A stretch of 64,000 nucleotides of DNA, from positions 31,310,001 through 31,374,000 of the forward strand of contig NC_043013.1 of the NCBI RefSeq assembly GCF_006345805.1, written 5' to 3'. The notes under the pieces were generated by a model, which did not search any database, was not told the origin of the DNA, and saw only the letters and a program-made list of their open reading frames with translations. This DNA is from Octopus sinensis (taxonomy: Eukaryota). A program made the translations under genes and the position numbers. Within the stretch, counting starts at the first letter, position 1. Every line of letters begins with the position of its first letter. Shown here piece after piece: positions 36,830-49,345 of the stretch.

Positions 36830-37700
36830 CTGCTTCCTCTATCGTTGTTTCTTGCGTCTCACTTAGTTTAGAGAGTAGTCGACTGTCATTAGCATCTTGT
36901 TATATCATACATCTCCCTTGGGCAAATGCTTTTCACTCCCTCATTCAATTTGCACTTAAATGTCCCTACCTCCACAAAGCCTAAAGCAGTTCCCTCCCTT
37001 ACATGTCCAGGCCTGTTAGCGTTAGGAAGATACGGATTTTGTAGTCACTGTCGGTTTCTCCATTTAATTGTTCCTTTGATGTCGCCTCATTTTCTCCTGG
37101 TTTCTAACCCCGCACTCTGCTAATTCCTTCCCGTTCTTAGTATGTACCTTACCTTATTTTAGAAATGGCATTGGTGAGAGTCTATTGTCCTGCGCAGGTA
37201 TTTTAAAATATCATCGTATTTTAGATCGTATTTAGAACGCAAGCTTTTAGGTTGTGCGTCTGAGCTGTGGGCAGCCCACTTGCGTCTTGATCACCTGGAG
37301 GTCTTTTACACTGATTTTAGGTTTCGAGAGTCTAGTAGATGGCTACTGCATTACACTTTACTACTTTCAGTTCTTCCACTGGAAGAGAGCAGAAGTATTC
37401 TTGATCTTATACATTAAGCCTATTGAAGTGAATCTCATTTTCAATTCGAATCACTTTCAGGTGTACTTTCTAATCATTCTCTTCACTGTCACCTGTCACA
37501 AAATCCTCAGGTTATTGAGGTATCTATGCCTTCAAGTTTCCCAAACGTGCTGATCTTTCGTTCCTCTTCAGCTATACATTCACCTTCTTTCTACAAAGAA
37601 TAAAGCTGGTCCTCTCGTGTAGTGTGTTATCTAACCACATTCGAAGGCATTTAACTTGCTGGTTATTCACACCAATGGAAACTATAATTCAATCTGTAAA
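36830..37700 (-). mobile_element. Possible highly decayed non-LTR retrotransposon fragment
   Basis: Locally higher GC and complexity with RT-thumb-like peptide traces; no diagnostic motif secured. Confidence 0.25.
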
Positions 37701-38108
37701 AAGAAAAAAAGAATGTAAATCTGTTATTTCTTGCTTTCGTACATTTCTTTGAAAAGAATTCTTTTAACCACGCAGTAGCATCGACACAAGAATATGCTGG
37801 TCTGATAACGGAATCTACAAATCATTTGCTACTAATCACATGTTACTAATCACTTGTCTGATTCAAGGCCAAAGGTTGACTTCAGATAATAAGTCCTTTT
37901 GAAATGTCAATATTTTGCGTAGTGAATTTTATTGCTTCGGCAAAAAACAGTTTTATCCTTAATAAAAATAATCGAGCGTATGTCCATATGCTGTGAAACA
38001 TCTAACAGTTAATTTTCAAATAACTTTTAATTTAAGAATAGCAAAATTACCGGCAAAACATTGAAGGGAATATTCATCTTTCCTTGCCAATACCATTACT
38101 ACCATCAG

Positions 38109-38548
<440 letters not shown>

Positions 38549-38574
38549 GAATAATAATAATAATAATAATAATA

Positions 38575-38661
<87 letters not shown>

Positions 38662-38714
38662 CGACGACAATGACGATGATGATGACGATGATAACGATGA
38701 TGAGGATGAAGCAG

Positions 38715-39244
38715 TGGGTCTAATGGCTTCGGATCTTAACTGACTGGAAGTGTTATCATACACATTGTTTTGTCTTGCTATAAAAGATGGGCTACAGCAA
38801 ATATTCTGCTCAGTACCACATGTTTGCTTGGCAGTTGCTTGGCCTTAACCAGTTGAACATGTCCCTTAGTGCCTTATGATATGTACATCTCTGATCACGA
38901 GCAGAAGTAGTTGGGGAGCATCATAGCCATGTGTTGAAAGGAATACTTTGTGGTTTGCATAATTCGCTTTGGAAACATGGATGTTTCGTTCTAAATCCTT
39001 AACAACCGTTATTCAAAGACCTTTTGAGTGGCATGAGCTACTCGACCTGAAGAGAATTCTTACTGGGTCCCACTTGGAAGGTCATGCGCTGTTTATCTTC
39101 ATATAATATCACCATATAGCGCACATATGGTTGTGATGCATCTGCCTGGTGTACTCTTATAACGCGGGTAGTCATGATGGGCATACTGGGCTTCGTATAT
39201 TCTACCCCAGTGTCACTTAGATGGCATGCACTGCTCTCTCACTC
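38715..39244 (+). mobile_element. Unclassified ~530-bp repeat-like element ending in (AAT)n
   Basis: High-complexity block bounded by trinucleotide tracts, ending gcactgctctctcactc(AAT)n; no ORF. Confidence 0.4.
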
Positions 39245-39301
<57 letters not shown>

Positions 39302-39352
39302 AAATAATAATAATAATAATATAATAATAATATAATAATAATAATAATAATA

Positions 39353-39401
<49 letters not shown>

Positions 39402-39404
<3 letters not shown>

Positions 39405-41010
39405 GAGCAGTTAAAACAGAGGATCATGGCAAAAAGCCAGAAGATCAGAAGATTTTTGAACAGAAATAAGCAGTCCGAAGAGAACAGATTGTTCAAAAAT
39501 AATCCGCAAGCAATTCTTCCAAAATTTAGAAGGAGCCAATGGGAAATATGTTGCTCCTGTTGCAAATCAAGCCAAAGACTTCTGGATTATAGAGAAACAA
39601 TGTGGTGCATAAAAGGGTGCAATATGGAGAGGAACTATCAAGTCGGACGTACAAGGAAGAAAGAAGCAAAAGAAAATTTTCATATACACGGGTGATGTGA
39701 AAGAACAAGTGGGTAAAGTGCCTAACTGGAAAGCCCCAGGACCAGATGGGACTCATGGTTTCTGGCTGAAGAGATGCCACGCGGTGCATGAAAGACTAGC
39801 AGTCCAATTGAATGAGTGTGTCCAGAAAGGTACAGTCACCGCGTGGATGGTGACTAGGAGGGCGACACATTAATGAAAGATAGAAGGGAAGAGAATATTG
39901 TGGGGAAACTACTGTTACATCGCTTGTATAAACATAATTTGGAAGATACTCGCTGGAATATGTGCGGCAAAGACATACAATTTCCTGGCACAGGACGAAA
40001 TACTACAAAGAGAACAGAAAAGATTTAGGAACAGTTCTGAGGGTACCAAGGATCATCTGGTCATCGATAAGACAGTTTAGCGGCGTTGTAAAACACATCA
40101 TCGAAACATGTCTATGGCTTGGATTGACTTTAAAAGGGCATATCATATGATGTTTCATTCTTAGATCGTTGAATGCCTGCAGATGTCTGGTGTTGCTGAC
40201 GACATTACACATTTTCTGATGCATAGCTTGAAAGAGTGGAGAACGAAATTGTACTCAAATAATGTATTCCTTTGAAACGTTAATGTTAGAAGGGGTATCT
40301 TCCACGGTGAGTCGTTTTCTCCGATACTATTTGTAATTGTATTAATACCCATAACAATGACACTTAGGAAAATTAAGAATGGAGAAGATGCAAATCGCCG
40401 ATTCTGCAATGATGCGATTGAAAGAGTGGACTGCATAATATTTGGACAAAGTTAGTCAAAATCTACACTGTTTAATATGTCGGCATTATAGAATCAAAAG
40501 TGTTGACAAGTGATGAAGCACCATTGAGGCTATAACTAAGGGATAAATAGTAGTGATTCCTTGGAATCTTCGAATACATACAAACAGCACGATCAAAGCT
40601 AATAAACTGAATATTGTTGTGAAAGACCAAAGGAATAATGTATGTTTATTGATTGACATGAATATTCCTTGTGATCATATTACAGCGTAAGAATTTGAAA
40701 AGCTCAGAAAATAGAAATATTTGCTCATCGAAAACAAAAAAGGTATCTGAAAGCGGCTACAATACTAGTGATGGTAGGAACACTAGAAATGATAAAAAGT
40801 AACTGAAAATTAAATGATATTGACACTTGGCATCAATGCAAGAAAAGCAAATAAATTTAACTGGGAGGTCAGGCTTATGAATTCTTTTTTACCAAATATC
40901 ATAATTTTGAATATGAATAGTGAGTTTCTTTAACCTAGGTGTCGGGAAGCTATTCAGCAAGAAGTGGAAACAAAATTGAAAGAAGAAAAAATATATTGGC
41001 GATGATTAAT
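39402..41010 (+). mobile_element. R4/Dong-clade non-LTR retrotransposon (RT + restriction-like endonuclease), decayed, internally deleted
   Basis: LKQRIMAKSQKIRRF, NWKAPGPDGTHGFWLK, MAWIDFKRAY, RGIFHGESFSPILF, RFCNDAIERVDCII (knuckle remnant), WNLRIHTN..IKANKLNIVVKD...LIDMNIP (RLE). It starts directly after (TAA)n. Confidence 0.85.
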
Positions 41011-41129
41011 AATAATTTTCATATTTCTTTATTGTCTATGAATAGAATACACATGAGCTACAACTCACTTGAGAAATGTATCATAATGGATAGCGCGTAG
41101 TAGGACGCGTCAGTATTTTTGTATAGAAA

Positions 41130-41345
41130 TGGTGGCGAGCTGGCAGAAACGTTAGCATGCCGCGAGAAATGCTTAGCAGTGTTTCGTCTGTCTTAACGTT
41201 GTGAGTTCAAATTCTGCCGAGGTCGACTTTACCTTTCATCCTTTCGGGGTCGATAAATTAAGTACCAGTTGCGTACTGGGATCGAACAAATCGATTGGTC
41301 CCCTCCCCAAAAATTTCGGGCCTTGTGCCTAGAGTAGAAAAGAAT
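41130..41345 (+). mobile_element. SINE family 1 (older tail type), full length
   Basis: ggtggcgagctggcagaaacgttagc...gagttcaaattctgccgaggtcgac...gggccttgtgcctagagtagaaaag. Confidence 0.9.
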
Positions 41346-41925
41346 ATTTTCGCATAGGAAACAAATAAGTTAACCTTACTACACAGCGCTTAGATACTTA
41401 CTGGGTCAGACTATGATTTTGACCTTTTCCCAGCCTGATCACAGACAATGAACTTCGTTTCCTGAATGTACCTGTAATTATTTGTGAGATTGTGTGACCA
41501 TTGATTCATTTATTATCTGTGAAATGTACTTCGTTAACAGTATATAGCGTCATAGATTTTTTTCTTAAACATACATAAATTTCGAGTTCGATATTTTTAT
41601 TGCCAACTCCAGTGCAATAAGAGTTATATCTAACTTCTTTTTTTCTCTTCACATCATACAAAATATAAGACATATTTATGCACCAAATCCGGTGTGAAAC
41701 GCTAGGAAGACACTGGATATGCTATATGTGTGTACAAACACACACACGCATACAAACACATTCAGACAAACACATATATAGCTATACATGTCCATATATG
41801 TATATATGCATGTATATATGTTCATATAGATATATATATACAAAGATATATGTGGGTGTGTATATATATTTATATATACGTGTGTTATATATATATGTAT
41901 GCATGTATGTATGTATGTATGTATG

Positions 41926-41964
<39 letters not shown>

Positions 41965-41973
41965 ATATATATA

Positions 41974-42019
<46 letters not shown>

Positions 42020-43809
42020 TATATATATATTATATATATATATATATATATACCGTTCCATATATCACACATAACGTGCATATATGGTTAAAAACGGTGA
42101 GAGTTCGTTATCCGTCGGGTGAGAAAGATAGAGAGCGAGAGGGAGAGAGGAAGAGAGAGGGAGAGAGAAGGAGAAAGAACATTTCGTATAAACAAATAGT
42201 GTTAAGAATCATGAAGCATATCAATATAAAATGACATGTGTGACACCGGTGCTGGAATTGCTAAATAGGAATTTCTACTTGTTTGAGCATCATCTGTAGC
42301 GACATTCTCTCATATCGCACGGTAAGACAAATTTCAGCACTACTGATTCTGATAATCAGTGATTAACAAATCACAAGCATCGCAATTAGTCGGTCGGATA
42401 GGTAAAACTTGGTACAGGGATAGGAGAAGATTAAAAAGAATATAGTTAACGTAAGAAGTTCAAGTTGACTCGGCACAACTTAAATTGTGATGGGGGACGA
42501 TAAAGATGTTAAACGTTGAGTTGTGAATAGACTCTAAATACATCAGACATGCTTACGCATAGACATACGCACATATGCACACATTTTCGCCCACGTGGAT
42601 ATAAATATATTCGCTCATATAGATATAGGTACCCACGCTTGCAGAAACACACGCACAAACCTATAAGTCTCCTCCCGACACAAAAGAGATCTAAGTCGTA
42701 CGCAGATTTGTACGAGTATGAATCAATTGAAATCAGGTCTGAACCTCTGATTGCACTCACACAGCAAGATTTGTTTATTCGGTCACCTAAATGTTCCCAA
42801 TTTATATTCCACTTCTGAGAGCAAGTACGTTCCACCCACCTCCTATTTGTTGCTATAAACATACATTCCTGAAGCACAAGGATTCGGTAAAGAACACCGA
42901 TAGACTATATATCCGACTGCGTTCTAAACTGTAGCCTAGGATGACTGCAGACTAATAACTGGGACAAGTAAAGCATAGAAGTTAAAAATCTGTGAATATA
43001 TTTATACATGGATAAATCCGATACATGCTTGTATTCGTTATGCTGTGCATCCTTAATTACTAAACTCTACCTCGTAATCAACTTGCGTTTTATTCCTCCA
43101 GGGCGTATTCGTATATAAGTGTAATTCATTTCACGGATTGGCTTTTTATTCCACAATATTTTAATTGTGGACTTGATAGGCTTTCGCATCGTTATTAATT
43201 AAGGACATCCCGATTCCATTTCAAAGTTTCCTTTATAGACTTTGCAGAGCATGTACAAAATATTCATCTACTATATATCTTATCGTTACAAATTATGATA
43301 TTGCGCTGATATAATTTATCAAATGCCGTTAACATATGTATCTATTTCGGTTTACATTCATGATTAAACCTAACATCGGTGCCATTGTAATAGGAATATA
43401 TAGATCGTGGAAAAATTATCTCCAAGATAATACACCAAACTGATGCCCAAGAAATGCAATTAATTTTGAAGATTACCTATCAGTTATTCTCCCTTTTAAG
43501 TAATTCATTGTGATATATTTTTTTAATAGAAAGGAATGAATTGCATTTCAGCAGTTTTGCGTATTAATTAAACTGCATTTTTGGTCCATACTTCTAAAAA
43601 CACCATATAATTAGACAAAATGAAATGAGCTATATATTTCCTGAAGCACTTTGAAGACCATCTGAAGGAGGACATTTTCTCATCGATACTCCCAATGCAA
43701 TCATTTATATTATGATTATAGTTACAAAAGAGCACAAGATGCGCCTTTGACTCAGAGTCAAGTCATTATAATTAAATCTTTACTCCTTTTTTCAGCATGT
43801 TTCTATGTT

Positions 43810-44300
43810 CACGTAGTGGTAGTAATGGTAGTGGTAGTAGTAATAGTTGTAGTAGTAGTAGAAGTAGTAGTAGCAGTAGTGGCGGTGGCGGTGTATGTGT
43901 GTGCATGCATGTATGTGTGTGAGCGTGTATGTGTCATTATGCATGTATGCGTGCATGTATGTGTGTGCGTGTGTCTATGTGTGAGCACGCATGTGTATAT
44001 GTATGTATGTGTGTGTGCCTGCATGCATGTACATGTACGTGAGCATGTGCATGTGTGTATGTGCATGTGCGTATGTGCATGTATGCGTGCATGTTTGTGC
44101 GTGTGTGTATGTGTGTGTGTGCATACATTTGTGCGTGCATGTATGTCTGCACATGGCTGTGTGCATGCATGTCAGTCCGTGTGTCTACGTGTGTGTGCAT
44201 GCATGCGTGCATGCGTATATGAGTGTGCATGGATGTATACGTATGCATGCATGTGTGGGTCTGCATGTATGTGTGTGCGTGCCTTCCAGTGTGTGTGTCT
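43810..44300. repeat. Degenerate (GTA)n then (TGTG/TGCA)n low-complexity tract
   Basis: Directly visible; it explains the 222-aa V/C/M ORF. Confidence 0.9.
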
Positions 44301-44629
44301 GCGTGATGCATATACGTTCGTGTTTTTGATCCATTACTTCTTTAAAGCATGTGTTTATGGCTGTGTAGTGAATCATATTTTTCGTGTTGTGATCTGCAAT
44401 CTGTTGTGTGTATAAATTAGTTTGTGAACGTGCATGTGAAATGCGGGATCCCTGATAGTGTTGGTAGTGGTGACGGTCATGATCATATTGATAGTACTAA
44501 CATAGCTGCTGTTAAGGTGGTGCTGATGCATCGTTGCTCAAAAGAATGCCTTCAGTTTTCCGCTATCGCCCGTCATTTTGTTTCATTTTCTTCATTTTAG
44601 ATCAGTAACTTTTAACCATTTATGCCCCT

Positions 44630-45220
44630 AATCGCTACTTTCCCCACACACATCTTGGTGGTCCCAAGCGTATACTGGCTTGGCTTTGGGTTATTATTTT
44701 GAAGTTTTCATGCTTTTTTTTTCTTTCTACCGTTGTCTGGGAGTTTTCATTTACTGTTGTTGATGCTGATCTGGTGGGTCTCCAGAACGGTGATTCTTTT
44801 GTTTCTTTTGTTGCTATTATTTCAATTCTTGAAGTTATTGTTTCGTTGCCGTCGATGCTGCTTTCAGTTCTGTAGCTTTTTTCCTGCAATCTGTGTTGTT
44901 ACGGTTGTTGTAGCTGCTGTGGGTGTTTGACTTGCGGTTACTCCTGTTGTTGCTGCTACTAAAGTAATTGCGTTCGTATTTATTGGGTCCTAAATTTTAG
45001 CTGTCGTTTCCTTTCGTTGCTGGAAGTTGAAAGCTTTTATGCGTTTCCCCCACTTGTAGCATGAATGCCTTTTGCCTTTCTCTGCTACATGCATTTGCTT
45101 CCCTCTTGCGATTTCTCCAAGGTTCCGGGTCTTGTCTTGTTTCATAATTACGAACCCCACCCGAATACAATTTTTTTTTTCAGAATCCCTCGTACTAGAA
45201 ATTCCCGAACGACAGATTTG
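44630..45220 (-). pseudogene. Possible ORF1/gag remnant with degenerate zinc knuckle
   Basis: SCYKWGKRIKA resembles CX2CX4HX4C; followed by a T/Q/K-rich low-complexity region. Confidence 0.3.
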
Positions 45221-45240
45221 ACAACACACACACACACACA

Positions 45241-45283
<43 letters not shown>

Positions 45284-45769
45284 ATATTTCTATGAGTTTG
45301 TGGGTGTATGATGATTAACTTTGAACATTATCTTGGCCTGCCTTTCTAACCCCCAGTGTAATATCGATTCTAGTTTGCAATTTATTAAGGTACATGATGC
45401 TTCTATCTGGGCGATAGAGATATTTCAGCCAAAACGTTGCCTGTTTTTGGTGTATTCCAGTTTTCCCTGTATCCATAATCTTTTTGCCTATGCTGGTGAG
45501 TCAGGTCCATGGTACTGTTTCGCTCGTCCTTTCTTTTACACTATTTATCCACTTTTCTTCTTGTGTTCTCCTTGGTTGCCCCATTTTCCTTCCTAGAATG
45601 ACTGAATTTCTGATGTTCTTGTTATGCCATCTATCGAAATGTTTTTATTTATGTTTCTGTAGAATATTTTCTTGCTTATATTTATTTCTATATTTTCATG
45701 GAAGAAATATTCCCATCTTCGTACCATCATCATCATCATCATCATTATTTTTATTGTTAATGTTATTAT

Positions 45770-45792
45770 GACTACTACTACTACTACTACTG

Positions 45793-45835
<43 letters not shown>

Positions 45836-45879
45836 AACTACTACGACTACTACTACTACTAACATTGCTACTACTACTA

Positions 45880-45919
<40 letters not shown>

Positions 45920-45960
45920 CACTACTACTACTACTACTACTTCTACTACTACAGCTCCTA
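45770..45960. repeat. (ACT)n microsatellite
   Basis: Directly visible. Confidence 0.98.
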
Positions 45961-47499
45961 CTACATTTCGTGTGTTTTAAGTGGTGAGGTTATTGTATGT
46001 TTCTTGAACTCAATGAGACAAGTTCTTTTTAGTGGTTATTACACTTTGCAAGTTTTCATTGCGGAACTGTGTTACCCGCCTAAGGCAAAAGTAAAAAAAA
46101 AAAGAAATGAATTTTGAAAAATCATATATTTGCATATTATTTTCAAAACAAATATTTACTTGTATAACAATATGGCTTTTTCGTCTGGGGTAGTTTTAAA
46201 ACATGTTGACTGGAAAATTCCAATGTGTTTGAAAATTTTGAAGATATGCGACTTAAATTTATATACACATACTTATATACATACGTACATATGTGTGTGT
46301 TGTGTGTGTGTATGTGTATTTTTGTATGTGTGTGTATATATTTTTAGATGCGTGGGTGTGTAAGAATGTCTATATAGTATATCTGTATATGTATATCTAG
46401 ATAGATACCAAGAAGAAAGTTAACATTACACTTTAAATAGCAAAGACAGACAAGTAATCTATATAGAAAATAAAATTGCTCGATAACAATATAGAAATGT
46501 ACAAAAAACGGCAGCCAACCACAATATATCTGAAAAACAACCATTTGCTAAAAGACAGATACACTGTATAAAGTCAACTGTCAGGAAATAAAAGTAAAAA
46601 AAGATTTTGGGACAAGTATGTCAATATAGATAGTATTTCAGCAAAGAAATGAATAAATAAAAAAAGATAGATATCAAGTCTGACAAAAACAACTATAAAA
46701 TGTAATCATAACACACGTGATTTGTCGAATGACAGACTTTCGGATGTACTTCACCCGCCATCGTTCGCAATTGTACTTTCAAATAAGTTTTGAGATTAAA
46801 GAAGCGATCAAGTATTGATTTGCCTGATACACGGCGTAGTTGATTTAACAGTCGCTTTAAGTTTATCGCTGTACGCTTTTGTAACATTTCCAGGCTGTAG
46901 AATCTAAGAGTCATAAGAGCACCAAGCAGAATATTTTGTGGCATTAGGCAACGAATCTTTATTTATTTGGGGGTCGATATAATGCAATGCTGATCAACCA
47001 TTTGGTTCGATTTATCGATAAATCATTCCCGATTATAGTGCTTCTGTTAAGATATTCATATATGATGATTTGTTTGTAAAACCTGTGTAGCATCGAGGAA
47101 ATGTGAAACAGTATTTGTTAAATTACTTTGTTAAAGAACTAAGATGTAATCAAGCCGACGTCAATATTCTCTTTAAGCATTTGGGAGTTGATAAAATAAA
47201 ACACCAGTGGAGTTCTAAGGTTATGGCCTCGAGTTACTCCCTCCCTTCAAAATGACTGGCCTTCTGCCAACTTTTGAGCGGAAATTAGTTTTCGTAATAT
47301 AATGATCATAATATGTTATTAATTCTTTTACGTTGGCACTTTTCTGTTCTTATAGTATTGACTAGTTAGATGTCAAGCAGAATTCGACAACATTACGTGT
47401 CTTGCTTATGCCTTTTACTTTTTGCATTACCGAAAAACGGACCTTTTATTACGCACTCGATAGCCAAACTTTCGATTTCTTTAATTTCCTACTTTTATA

Positions 47500-49100
47500 A
47501 TTGTTTTTAATTATAAGTTTACAGTAAAGATTCTCTGATGTCCATATTTTGTTCTCGGTATACTCTCTCGTTCTTTGTTTATATCCAGTTTGTAAAATCT
47601 CAGTTTCCAGTAGAGTGAGATATGACCAATGGAAAATATAAGGGAAATATTTAATCTATTCCAATTTTACTAAGTTGGAGTTTATTGCTTCAGTTAGTCA
47701 TGTTTCTGGTGTTTATTCTTACTTGTTCGTGATGGCTTTTGCAATTTTGCACATTTGGAGCGTCTTTAGAAGCCCAGAGTAGGCGACCATACCATGTGCT
47801 TTCCTTCACTAAATCCACCCTATTGTTAGGCCATTTCTCCTACGCTCAGGTTTTCTTACGATTGTCTCCTAGATTAACATTTGTCTTTCGCTCTTCTTGA
47901 ATTTTTTCCGGCACTCTTTTCATTCCCTCGCAGTAATTTTCCTACTCAAAGCATGGCTACATCATACCCACAAACACATTTGTTAGCAATTTCCATAATA
48001 GTGGTTAAAAAGTTATTAGTCAGTAGTTTCATATCATAACACCTATATATAGGTTTGGTTTAATGTTAGTCCTTCAATTTAGAATTAACCTACACAGGAT
48101 TCTTTTAGTTAACGAACAAGGCAGTTCTTGCTCGGGTAATCAACCAAACACTTTACAGCCTGTCTGGTTCTGGTGTTTTCGAATTTGATATTATGGTATC
48201 TTGTGTTACAATACTCCGCATTTGGATTGCTACATTGTTCTGTTGTTTTAGTCGCCTTAATTCATTTTTTACCGCACCGCTGCTACATACTCTACTAAAT
48301 ATTAATAGATAATTTTCTGGTCCAATGTACTTCACTAACGCAGCTTCGCTCTGATCCTGATGTCTCACTGCTGTGCTTTTCTACTCTATATAAGTTTTCG
48401 GAAATATTTTCTTATTGTTTATGCAAACAAAATTGTTCTCATATACTTACATCTCACCTGACGTTGATGTCATTCTTTGTATTGATTTTGTTTCTTTTAT
48501 TCCAATCTCTCTTCCTACTTTCCTTCGAATGTTTTAATGACATTTATTAGAGCACCTTCTTTAAACCATCGTAGTTTACTCAGTTCCAGTTTGAACACCT
48601 CGATGCTATTTGCTAAACATTTCCACTTAGGCATTTTCCTCGGCGTACTTGCTGGAGCCTTATATCCTTAGCTTACGTATACATGACACATCCTACTACA
48701 TTTTCCTAGCATATAATCTAAATGTAATGTTGGCTGACTTTACATTGCTATTTTGGTGATTTTTATCCATCTTGGTCACTGTGACCATCCTTCTGTATTT
48801 TTAATTTAATTTCGTCTCTAACCAAATCTTCCCTTTTTTTCCATGATATAGCTTAATGTTTTCCCTGTCTCTGCGTTAGCTTCACTTACATTAACGACCG
48901 ATACACTTTTGTTTCCTGTTAGGTATTCTATCTTCTATTTAATTCCTCCTAATTGTAGATTCCATCCATTACAATTTTATAGAACTTGCCTGCATTTCTA
49001 GTTAATGTTCTGTCGCCGAAAGCATGTTTACAGTGTAGGAATTGGCAACATTCTTCGCTTTTAATCTCTATTTCATATAATAGGTGTTTGTCGATGTAGG
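47500..49100 (-). mobile_element. Possible highly decayed LINE remnant(s)
   Basis: T-rich plus strand with APE N-terminus-like traces (NCNGWNLQLGG...VVNVSE) near 48.9 kb; many stops. Confidence 0.25.
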
Positions 49101-49129
49101 CGTTGTATCAATATCAGTAACAGCAATTA

Positions 49130-49345
49130 AAGCGTCGAGCTAGCAGAATCGTTAGCGCGCCGAACAAAATGCTTTGAGACAGCTCTTTCGGCATTATAGT
49201 CTGAGCTCAAATCCAGCGAAGGTTTATTTTCCTTCCAGCCGTTTAGGCTCGAGGAAATATGTACTAGTTGAACACTGGGGTCGATTTAATACAATAACAC
49301 TCCCCCTCAAAGTTCCGACTTTGTGCCTATTTAAGAAGAATATTA
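49130..49345 (+). mobile_element. SINE family 1, degenerate
   Basis: gagctagcagaatcgttagcgcgccg...ctgagctcaaatcc...cactggggtcgat. Confidence 0.7.

Noticed and set aside
43747-44415. 222-aa V/C/M-rich ORF and the many IY/HT/YI-repeat ORFs elsewhere
   Set aside because: These are translations of microsatellite or low-complexity DNA.
46693-46944. 83-aa protein-like ORF on the minus strand
   Set aside because: No good donor site, phase incompatible with neighbouring candidates, and no motif recognised.
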